A DNA stretch of 36,276 nt from Phycisphaerae bacterium (GTDB lineage Bacteria; Planctomycetota; Phycisphaerae; UBA1845; UTPLA1): assembly GCA_029259995.1 (NCBI GenBank), contig JAJDEC010000342.1, positions 1 to 36,276 on the forward strand. Direction: 5' to 3'. The translations under genes and the position numbers were made by a program. Under the pieces are notes generated by a model. The model was not told the DNA's origin, searched no databases, and saw only the letters and a program-made list of their open reading frames with translations. Positions 31,401 to 35,493 of the stretch are shown piece after piece (within the stretch, counting starts at the first letter, position 1; every line of letters starts with the position of its first letter).

Positions 31401-33954
31401 ATCCGAGATCCCGCGGATGTTCAAGGTTTATCCGCTCTCCAAGGCGTCGGCGACTGTCGTCAAGGAGACGCTGGATCAGATTTACCAGTCGAGCAGCACA
31501 CAGGGCGGCGGCGCTCAGGGCATCGTGACGGTTGCGGAAGAGCGGACCAATTCCGTCGTCGTGGCCGTGCCTCCGGGCGAACTTGCCAATGTTCAAAAGC
31601 TGATTACGCAGCTCGACCAGATCGAGATCACGGAGATTGCCGAAGTCGAAGTCATCCAGTGTGAGAACGAAGACGCCAACAAGATGGCGGAGCTCCTCAC
31701 GGAGATCATGACCGGCCAGTCGGCACAGGGCGGCGCCGGCAGCGCGGCCGATGCGGAATCCGCGCGGCAGCTCAGCTCACTGCTGGTCCAGTTCGAGGCC
31801 AAGGACCAATACGGCCAGCGCGACATTCTCCAGACGGTTCGCGAGAACGTGCAGATCAGCTACAACGAACGCTCGAACAGTGTCATCGTCGTCGCGCCGC
31901 CGTCGTCGATGCGATTGATCAAGAAGCTGGTGCAGAAGCTGGATGGCATTCAGAAGCGCGAAGTTCGCGTGAAAGTGTTCCCGCTCGTCAACTCCGACGC
32001 CGCGATCATGGTCGAGAAGCTCGAATCCATGTTCGCCCAGGACGACAGCGCGTCCGATCAGGAAGCCTTCCAGCAAGGTCGTGAAATCACAGTCGAAGGC
32101 GGCGCCAGCGACGTCGCTTCGGGGCCGGAATTCGCAGGGGCGGCCAATTCGCGGAAGGGCACGTTCGGCCGACCGCGAACGACATTCGTCGCTGATGAGC
32201 GAACCAACTCCATCATCGTTGCCGGCTGGCCGGAAGACATCGACGTCGCCGCCGACATTATCGATGCGTTGGACTCGCGTGACATTCAGGAACGCATCAC
32301 GACGGTCTATCCGCTCGTCAACATGAAGGCCGACGAAGTGCAGGGATCGCTCGATTCGTATTTCCAGGCCCAGCGAGACGCACAGAGCTCCGTCGAAGGT
32401 CAGGCCCAGGCGAGATTGCTCGAGAAAGACGTGACAGTCGTGTCTCACGAGGAGTCGAATCAACTCATCGTTTCTTCCAGCCCGCGCTATCAATCGGAAG
32501 TGTTACGGATCATTCAGCAGCTCGACGCACCGCCGCCGCAGGTCATGATCGAAGTCATGATCGCGGAAGTCACGCTCGACGACAGTTTCGAAATGGGCAT
32601 GGAGTTCGCGTTGCAGCAGCTCAAATTCAGCGAGACGGCCGTCGCCGGCGGCAACGGCATTCTTCAGAGCAACTCGTTCGACTTTGTCGGAGGTACGGAC
32701 CTCGGCGCTGCGGGTGCGGGATTGGGCGGCTTCAGCTTCACGATCACGGGCGAGGATTTCAACTTCCTTGTGCGGGCGCTTCAGTCCGACAGCCGACTGG
32801 ATGTGATTCAGCGGCCGATGATCATGTGCCAGAACAATCAAACCGCCTCGATCAACATCGGTCAGCAAGTGCCCTTCGTTCGGGGCACGACTGTGTCGGA
32901 CAACGGCCAGACGACGGCCAACATCGAATATGAACCGGTCGGCGTCATCCTGAACGTCGAACCGATTATTAATCCGGATGGCTTCGTCTACATGCTGATC
33001 GAACCGGAAGTCTCGTCGATCACGGATTCCAGCATTCCGCTGGGTAACGGCATTTTCGCTCCGATCATTTCAGAGCAGAAGGCCAGCACGACGGTCGCCG
33101 TCAAGGATGGCGAGACAGTCGTCATCGGCGGATTGATCACGACGCGGGAAACGGAATCGGAGAGCAAAGTGCCCGTACTCGGCGACATGCCGGGGATCGG
33201 CAATCTCTTCCGCACGACGTCGCGCCGCAACACGCGTTCAGAACTGCTCATTGCGATGACGCCGACGATTATCCGATCCGTCGAAGATGCACGGCGCACG
33301 AGCGAATTTCAGCGTGATCTCGGCGGATATCTGACGCCGGAAGTCAAGGGCAGCCCGCTGATGCGGAATCTGCAGGTTGAACCGGAGTCGTATAGCGAGA
33401 TCGATTCGATCGAAAGCGATCCGGGAACGATGCAGCCGCGCGTGTTGCCGAGCGGCAAGCCGCAGATCATCCCGACGCAGCCGCAGCGCGGGCCGAGCTA
33501 TGTCCCCGCGGCGCCGCGATACGGTCCTGTCGTCCCGCAATCGACGTCGGGAACGGCGAATGTGATGGTGCGGAACGGCGCGGCAGTGTCGCCAGGCGCC
33601 TCGCAGGCGTCCTATCAGCGGCCCGTCTCATCGCAACGCATCGGTACGATGCAGCCGGCGCTACCGACAGTTGACCAGGTGCGCAGCGGCGCGGCGCCGC
33701 TGGGACGTCCGAATCAGGATTTGCGTCCCGGGATGCCGCAGGGTAATCCGCAGACCTATGCCAATCGACCTGCCGTTGCTTCGTCGCCGGTTCGAACGTA
33801 CATGCGATTGCCGGAATTCTCGGCGGACGAGGAAGCCGCACGGCCGATCGTGAAGATCAGCACGCATCCGTCGAAGCGAAGTACGTCGGAAAAGGAAGCG
33901 CTGCGCCGTCAGGCTGCCGTGAAGAAATCGAACCGGAGCGACACGCATCGATGA
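19468..33954 (+). CDS. gspD: Giant secretin (GspD/PilQ family), ~4,828 aa, with ~40 N-domain repeats and one C-terminal secretin beta-barrel domain
   Basis: The frame is uninterrupted to TGA at 33952-33954. ATG 19468 gives a Sec-type signal peptide, MLSEMMNKRVFGRMASLVMVLTLLSLAFGASRLIAAP. The track start at 19318 adds 50 Arg-rich residues and overlaps the upstream gene. The C-terminal region carries secretin hallmarks (see domain features). Confidence 0.9.
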   Translation: MLSEMMNKRVFGRMASLVMVLTLLSLAFGASRLIAAPYGVLEEPKPTESKDKDKEKDDAPKDEDADEDKESSDDKKDADSKDDASKDEKKDEKKEDLDKERERVAEESEAEKQKALDNLSKTPGGQDMSAAEKAEMEAQLEALKQAAIKSVGKTPPPAPKKTTIKPQATKPAINMDSAKKPGTTFEDTEAGKRIRRKIGPRGGLPKVTDAAANDETPASKKNTKGNRRNLIDTSKENPEVDPNSNAEDVGEPKTAEQKRQEAIEKAQQRAKDRRADLESKRRDKMNAILDRGKNDRDDKKPSSTKRPRVGKRGRSKVDVDVEDAADDDDSSVQSPIGEIPAVFIDIKMAPAADREFSINYEETPWMDVVADFARMSRLPFVRNLDDEIEGTLTYFSTEKFSYDGAFHKLNELLFDRPLNNLVIQRLNDRITVVRIPDLLKAVPKDRIFGSFAEFRAANLDPYVACQTQYVPPVGFTPFQIIERYRPLFSDTYGVKISDPDRLELTGFAKEHIYFDEMVRHLTNIENPDEIDKYVTIQLNYAKANDVLTILRQLYPIQGAAAPPAKRGGRRGRRQPQANAIAPDLEDADAVNIITEAKANILYIKAPDYLMKELRSRIAELDVPTESRPEMELVELTYADASTVVSQVLPILQSIGPRITKSPDFVAPKEQAKFDVTLFPSANGNGIVIVGGREGIEFVRQLVLNQFDVPPDWITKSIGLQHRDASYIVERLNEAMPSSGGGPTAVRRGKKGGPAIVATVDQPPSITIVSSRSLFVSASRFDLAMIEDLVQKLDVVDPEEPSEHFVYVRCATPSEIAETVQQIMAEDSTPKVAQPIAAKNAKARAAARQRAARASRGRSVQSGGDGPMIIPNDADQSLLVYCSDPDWIEVQRLIDRLESNACDVEPQWVQIKLERAEPTDIATYINQMFPAPGGSAQSVTADSFNKTINIYATPMFIEKVRPLIEKIDYTSTGELTIIKLMWAKAEIIAPIIQQAVPESQYVSPTARINAATAKTRRGKTPPKAAQNRVVQSAGDTKVRIVAEPVTNSLLVTAPPEKLRTIENLVSQMEAVAESQRPEKVIVNVINRKADEIAGVLSSILNATQGAGGKEGAAGGSVNPTDVELSITAIGDQLILFGPQNEVAEAIQLVTQIDTLDAMPITRKVRVYDAEEDEKKLRSMLALKADTAISVNQAPQKGGRRAPNRRAPTKPTAKLTDTGATVSDVQIYANPYENTLLIRAMPKDWKLIEEILDVIRDDAPPIPGSEDYESMFIVNLKHKSAWDISYDLEDVINIEGRRPVTFKEGPRDKDLIVMNFRPSQRPEIEKWIEIYDVPKDGGKYGSGYVSIDVKGGMSALDAARLLKARAGSEFPIEIAEIGSGSAVQTIDIHAGEEEEEAASTEGKRTDRGADGRPISALPSHMLPLWLRDVVCAAAIGQSESETEKDDGAPLGGHLESILNPPTDRVQILTDPDTGKLILLGPEEEVQRLRDILEELMGDEKTEPVMRIFPLKYAPVSEVAAKLNEIFNSPAQRTVNRGRGNRAQPQLPGQPTQAGKGDDKNAKGKQPVQQQAPATPARIKVIPNERTSSVVVVAPPKEIPLIVEVLRHLDSKRILDVNMRMFEMKNLDASQVVENLKEVLGIEDRALTRAPQRGRGAANQRAQQQVQIQGDDGDTLVSADKVKLTAESQTNTIIAQGPPDTLDLIEGIIKDLEDKTIKSDVEMMRIVLRKARASEIADIVQSLIDETINNQNATPAAAPQRGRGRGRTPAAASRRNENVSVHADPRTNSVILAGPGDQLEKAKAIVEELDNTEVGLVIRQIPVKGEATEIANTLRTLYNVGGRPGASPDVIITPLDATHTILIKAPEPLMVDIEEQLALIDAKFESSDKLRKIEMKFANAETVATQLSELFGTGRTSRGSTNRSAQISIRGYKSSGIIYVQAPDEEFERIKATAEDLDKVDTSVQVHRLQLNHAPAQQVLTKIQAMMGEAIRSGAMGNTNLDYVSMQADPRTNSLILVGGPTSALLLGQMLATIDVPQEGKNEQETKVYTLPPTINVADIVRNINELFRGISLTTHGVEPPVVTPNQGSNLIIVRANGKQHEQIERDVVNPVKAEGDKGVRKDNIYVVNNAKAVDLANVLTRHVRETMQQVNRQYPVNIVADEGTNQLIVNATDEDFNKIRPMIEALDQESGERRTEVFKVQYVSPWSMATIITQQFRGSSRNPNDQVNASFEDGTYSIIVTANDENMAKVRDLILKADVPSKETITEYVQLKHGQSDEMRTSIDAALRGRYPSDRRGQMPFNVTSQNLSNTLIVSAREDIMPEILDMISRLDIPGGGEHIRRVFKLTFSEPGSVSRMIQNLFRPTSGRPSPREQVKSSDDWATNSVIVSAVESKMLEVEQLINEMDQPGDSVRTERVINIENADPNDVASSIQQILQQATSGQRGRQAAVVRAVRGTTKIVAYANEKEYESIKSLVEQIDIEGGRIIHAVVIPDQVPARTIADNINNLFGRGRQGGDAPHAESHEPTNTVLVSATDAEFERIQAQLITPLSDSKASGIFSIHYIPVKNAIADEVAQTMQAFFDKKAGISSNRGFGRGGRGGGQSAEDRDNQVTITAEPNSNTLIVYCTEKTKKEIDDLLAVIDSADTTEKRVEMVALQYVDATTMIEILTEVLRVSRTSAKEPDDRPWWARDNDRDDDKDVVLAGDTRLKAITETNSVIVAGKSEAVEDALAKIAELDKPGDTGDTPVPIRLVNTNASTLAETLKQVFVENNRSGSGGRNGKSSGPELTIVPDQSSNTIYVRGKLSDVNKVVEQARQMDSEASGGESGIVVIPIPFGHDVTDLANMIESQINENEQNEKQKNRNYTPDLVKITPNARTNVLLVNASKSKLEDVKRVIEDMQQQMQFRGGPTRRVLKIENMTPEQAKELIEKVKEGQQSSGSSGNTRRSNRGGRRGDANWTHNRRFDDAKHSASPRRTKRAGTMVAASMPVFLMNVAISTGFAQSDAPKKDDREPPRSMRIRPQQRDDKKSDTNNEPRARKTVASGQPAARGTQPQPAGRDPRDPNAATSNAERLIRERAAASSGPRMSDEVLEQLSRRLSGTDINVIEAPDGSLILEGLEQDVDIVAGIIEMVDQQTPLKQIEIVMLKNQLAEPLAQKLTTVFKTLEPPNPRPIDKVDFLADQRTNSIFIAAAPSNMQRAIDLARMADQPSNISRQTKSFVFQNRRVMEVGETIKKIAANYLRQLQLPTDQIQIEIDSFTNQVIVSAGEQDLEFVETIVKTLDMSIDDAEAADKMSEIGKADVMVVPLRISQAPTLAILINELLTKAATGDTPLKDFIRRFRLLDENGNPIADVNLDRPIAVFGEPESNSLIIASTKENCLVVKQIAMAFDKEPSKAAVTSRVFTLAYADATEVATQLDALLTSTEQITSKASGGGGAAGVPDGPIGALVYKAVVSADARTNQVVVIGRPEAVEAMAGLVEKLDVKGQGVMPFEIVKLNHANASGLATALTDLMDKRKLAMPAGGENSVKSETVVIVPDERSVSLIIAAKRERIEELKGLIAKLDIPATALIDNIRTLTLKNSTATDLAAKLQDLWSQSEANRDSAQGGLTFETPAIVADERSNSLIIAASESDFDAIKSVVEKIENLELNPMSDIYIVRLKHNSAAELKGPLQTMFDKRAEMRSLQEPRPEDKVSIESDPVNNALIFVASRENHELLMQKIADLDQPIGAIPVVEFFKCENVYADTVKEAIENFVENAFRPGTGGDSSVLTERNKVAVVVDSRANMLIVSASPENMEVIRRIYSEMNDIRSPWTPVHIQIVELKNTEASQLASKVETWLEQLNTDVQSGTSGGGGSQNQFAVRVIADTVRNWLFVGGTRDGVRQAMDFIAKYDQPIDPNVGPFVSAEVYPLNQAKASQVGEMLRNIFDARNNQSGTGDAAMQPIPVTVEINEPGNSLLINASRQDHLMVTGLLARLDVPSEIPRMFKVYPLSKASATVVKETLDQIYQSSSTQGGGAQGIVTVAEERTNSVVVAVPPGELANVQKLITQLDQIEITEIAEVEVIQCENEDANKMAELLTEIMTGQSAQGGAGSAADAESARQLSSLLVQFEAKDQYGQRDILQTVRENVQISYNERSNSVIVVAPPSSMRLIKKLVQKLDGIQKREVRVKVFPLVNSDAAIMVEKLESMFAQDDSASDQEAFQQGREITVEGGASDVASGPEFAGAANSRKGTFGRPRTTFVADERTNSIIVAGWPEDIDVAADIIDALDSRDIQERITTVYPLVNMKADEVQGSLDSYFQAQRDAQSSVEGQAQARLLEKDVTVVSHEESNQLIVSSSPRYQSEVLRIIQQLDAPPPQVMIEVMIAEVTLDDSFEMGMEFALQQLKFSETAVAGGNGILQSNSFDFVGGTDLGAAGAGLGGFSFTITGEDFNFLVRALQSDSRLDVIQRPMIMCQNNQTASINIGQQVPFVRGTTVSDNGQTTANIEYEPVGVILNVEPIINPDGFVYMLIEPEVSSITDSSIPLGNGIFAPIISEQKASTTVAVKDGETVVIGGLITTRETESESKVPVLGDMPGIGNLFRTTSRRNTRSELLIAMTPTIIRSVEDARRTSEFQRDLGGYLTPEVKGSPLMRNLQVEPESYSEIDSIESDPGTMQPRVLPSGKPQIIPTQPQRGPSYVPAAPRYGPVVPQSTSGTANVMVRNGAAVSPGASQASYQRPVSSQRIGTMQPALPTVDQVRSGAAPLGRPNQDLRPGMPQGNPQTYANRPAVASSPVRTYMRLPEFSADEEAARPIVKISTHPSKRSTSEKEALRRQAAVKKSNRSDTHR
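19591..20460 (+). other. K/D/E-rich low-complexity region at the mature N-terminus of the secretin
   Basis: About 290 aa such as EEPKPTESKDKDKEKDDAPKDEDADEDKESSDDKKDADSKDD...KRRDKMNAILDRGKNDRDDKKPSS...DVEDAADDDDSS. The region has no hydrophobic core pattern. Confidence 0.8.
20533..20778 (+). other. N0-like (STN/TonB-plug-like) domain of the secretin
   Basis: FSINYEETPWMDVVADFARMSRLPFVRNLDDEIEGTLTYFSTEKFSYDGAFHKLNELLFDRPLNNLVIQRLNDRITVVRIPD matches the N0 pattern. That pattern is: first strand, helix with target-specific residues, G.vT.., a second helix, then a hairpin. Confidence 0.6.
21064..32526 (+). repeat. Array of ~40 protein-level tandem secretin-N (N1/N2/N3-type) domains, divergent at the DNA level
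   Basis: The unit recurs as: strand with (Y/F)xxA, a helix, a strand carrying [DE]x[RS][TS]N[STQ][LV][IL][IV]xA, a helix, then [LI][IV]xx[LI]D. Examples are ADPRTNSVILAGP (~24805), ADPRTNSLILVGG (~25482), ADERSNSLIIAAS (~30313), EERTNSVVVAVP (~31537) and ADERTNSIIVAGW (~32191). My manual count is 38-42. Linkers interrupt the array at ~23600-23830 and ~28250-28760. Confidence 0.8.
32527..33279 (+). other. Secretin C-terminal beta-barrel domain (PF00263-type)
   Basis: The domain runs PPPQVMIEVMIAEVTLDDSFEMGMEF...FNFLVRALQSDSRLDVIQRPMIMCQNNQTASINIGQQVPF...EYEPVGVILNVEPIINPDGFVYMLIEPEVSS...STTVAVKDGETVVIGGLI...SKVPVLGDMPGIGNLFRTTS...ELLIAMTPTIIRS. Confidence 0.92.
33280..33951 (+). other. P/Q/G-rich low-complexity C-terminal tail of the secretin (S-domain position)
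   Basis: About 224 aa follow the barrel, for example ...PQIIPTQPQRGPSYVPAAPRYGPVVPQS...RPGMPQGNPQTYANRPAVASSP.... The tail ends in the basic stretch KRSTSEKEALRRQAAVKKSNRSDTHR. Confidence 0.75.
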
Positions 33955-34007
33955 AGTAAGTCGCGGCAAGTCCATTCCGGATGAGGCAATTGCGCCGAAG
34001 GAGTACA

Positions 34008-34076
34008 ATGCGTGGGGCATCGGCAAGGCGTCGATGCCGCACGTGTTTATGGAAAAGGCAATGGCGAACTGAATGA
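34008..34076 (+). CDS. Candidate 22-codon upstream ORF / leader peptide coupled to the lipoprotein gene
   Basis: AAGGAG (33998-34003) lies 4 nt upstream of ATG 34008. The product is MRGASARRRCRTCLWKRQWRTE. Its TGA (34074-34076) overlaps ATG 34073 of the next gene (ATGA). It is below the ORF-track length cutoff and could be chance. Confidence 0.25.
   Translation: MRGASARRRCRTCLWKRQWRTE
34016..34038 (+). terminator. Hairpin downstream of the secretin gene (possible terminator or attenuator)
   Basis: GGCATCG-GCAAGGCGT-CGATGCC forms a 7-bp stem with a 9-nt loop, followed by GCACGTGTTTAT (only a weak T-run). It lies inside the candidate uORF. Confidence 0.25.
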
Positions 34077-34747
34077 AATGCTCACTTGACACGATTTCCG
34101 CGGCGAATCGACGACGAATCGGCGTCCAGCTCTGTTGCGTCGTCCTCATGGCGGCGTTCATGGGCGGATGCCAATGGCCGCCGCCGAACCTGTTTGCACA
34201 GAACAACGATCAGAAGCCGGACTATGGATCGAATCAGGCGTTCTCGGCCAAGAGCGACCGGGAGCCCACTGTCACGATCGTGTCGGAGAAGGAACGATCG
34301 GACATCGTTCAGGTGATCAACTTCGTCCCGACGAATCCGTGGCTGATTTTCGATCCGCTCGACGGAAAGATCGACGGATTCAAGTGCACGATCTACCTGG
34401 CCGCCGATGTGAAGAACCGGCCCGAAGGACGGAAGGACGGCGTCAAGGGCTTCTTCGGCGACGGCACGATCATCGTGCAGTTGTTTCAGGATGTATCCGA
34501 GGATGGCCGGCGATCGGACATGAAGCCCGCACATACATGGGAACTCTCGCCCGAAGACGCCTATCCATGGCGAGCGCGTGAAATGTCGCTTCTCGGCTGG
34601 GGATATGGTCTGCGGTTGCAATGGCCGGCGGAATTGAAATTGTCCGGCAGGAAGATTGCGATTCTCGTAAGTTATCGAAGGTCAGACGGGCGACTCATTT
34701 CGTCATCGAAGCCGATCGTTCGGCGCGTTCCCGTTCGCGGCGTCTAG
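34073..34747 (+). CDS. Predicted lipoprotein, unknown family (candidate secretin pilotin or accessory)
   Basis: The signal peptide is MKCSLDTISAANRRRIGVQLCCVVLMAAFMGG|C, with a lipobox-like FMGGC (Cys33 codon at 34169-34171). The mature part is ~190 aa and beta-rich (TVTIVSE..VQVINFV..FKCTIYLA..TIIVQLF..KIAILVSY). Confidence 0.65.
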   Translation: MKCSLDTISAANRRRIGVQLCCVVLMAAFMGGCQWPPPNLFAQNNDQKPDYGSNQAFSAKSDREPTVTIVSEKERSDIVQVINFVPTNPWLIFDPLDGKIDGFKCTIYLAADVKNRPEGRKDGVKGFFGDGTIIVQLFQDVSEDGRRSDMKPAHTWELSPEDAYPWRAREMSLLGWGYGLRLQWPAELKLSGRKIAILVSYRRSDGRLISSSKPIVRRVPVRGV

Positions 34748-34810
34748 CGCCCGGTTTGCAGTGGAGAATCTCTCATCGATACCGACAATCTCGATCTGGC
34801 GCAGGAGCAC

Positions 34811-35356
34811 ATGGCGGCAATCGACGTGTTGCGCGTCGCCAAGAATGCGTTCTTATGGCTGGCCGTTGCGGCCATCGCACTTCACCTGGTCGCGTTCGCC
34901 GTCGTGTTTTCGACATCCGACGACGCAGCCAGCGTCGGTTCCTGGTCTGATCGATTCGATCAACCCCTGACGATGGCGGGATTCGTCGCGCGTGCCGGCG
35001 TATTTGTCGTCAATGGGATTTTCGTTATTTCGCTGCTTGTCTGCCTGTCGGCGCGCATGGGAGGGGCTGCGGCATTGGCGCGCGGAACCGTCAGTTCATT
35101 GGCGGCGCTGGCGATGGTTCTGCCCTGGATCAACGCGAACGATACGCTCAACATGACGACGGCGCTCTACGGCTCCGCGGATGTCTATCGCGTCGTCGGA
35201 GGCGATGCCGCGCTGGGCGCGATCGGATTCATCCGATTCGCCGTCTGTCCGATCATCGTGATTCTCCTGATGCTCTTCGCGCAATGGAACTATCGGCTGG
35301 CCTATCGAAAAATGACGTTGTCCCCCGCAGCGCGCCTGCCGATTCATGAAGTCTGA
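34811..35356 (+). CDS. Small integral membrane protein (about 4 TM), unknown function
   Basis: AGGAG lies 3 nt upstream of the ATG. The hydrophobic segments are FLWLAVAAIALHLVAFAVVF, GVFVVNGIFVISLLVCL, VSSLAALAMVLPWI and IGFIRFAVCPIIVILLMLFA. I recognise no family motif. Confidence 0.55.
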   Translation: MAAIDVLRVAKNAFLWLAVAAIALHLVAFAVVFSTSDDAASVGSWSDRFDQPLTMAGFVARAGVFVVNGIFVISLLVCLSARMGGAAALARGTVSSLAALAMVLPWINANDTLNMTTALYGSADVYRVVGGDAALGAIGFIRFAVCPIIVILLMLFAQWNYRLAYRKMTLSPAARLPIHEV

Positions 35357-35493
35357 TCGCGGCCGAGTCAATCCCGCCGGGAGCGAACTTCCGAGACGGA
35401 TCGACGCGCGACGAACCCACTGAGATTCCTGCTTTGCCCCCATCTGCGAACATACCGATTGCCGCGCCGCGCAGCGCCGGTCGTGCCCGAATC

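Noticed and set aside
21064-32526. Possibility that the ~40 repeats are an assembly artefact (collapsed or expanded tandem DNA repeats).
   Set aside because: The repeat units share only protein-level motifs. Codon choice and flanking residues differ in every copy I compared (for example GATCCGCGGACGAACAGCGTGATCCTG versus GATCCGCGAACGAATTCGCTGATCCTT), so assemblers would not confuse them. Long-read confirmation is still recommended.
35346-35423. 25-codon ORF (MKSDRGRVNPAGSELPRRIDARRTH) whose ATG lies 8 nt upstream of the TGA stop of the 4-TM gene.
   Set aside because: It is too short and featureless to call as a gene. It is kept only as a hint of a possible frameshift or alternative start for the VKOR gene (see findings).
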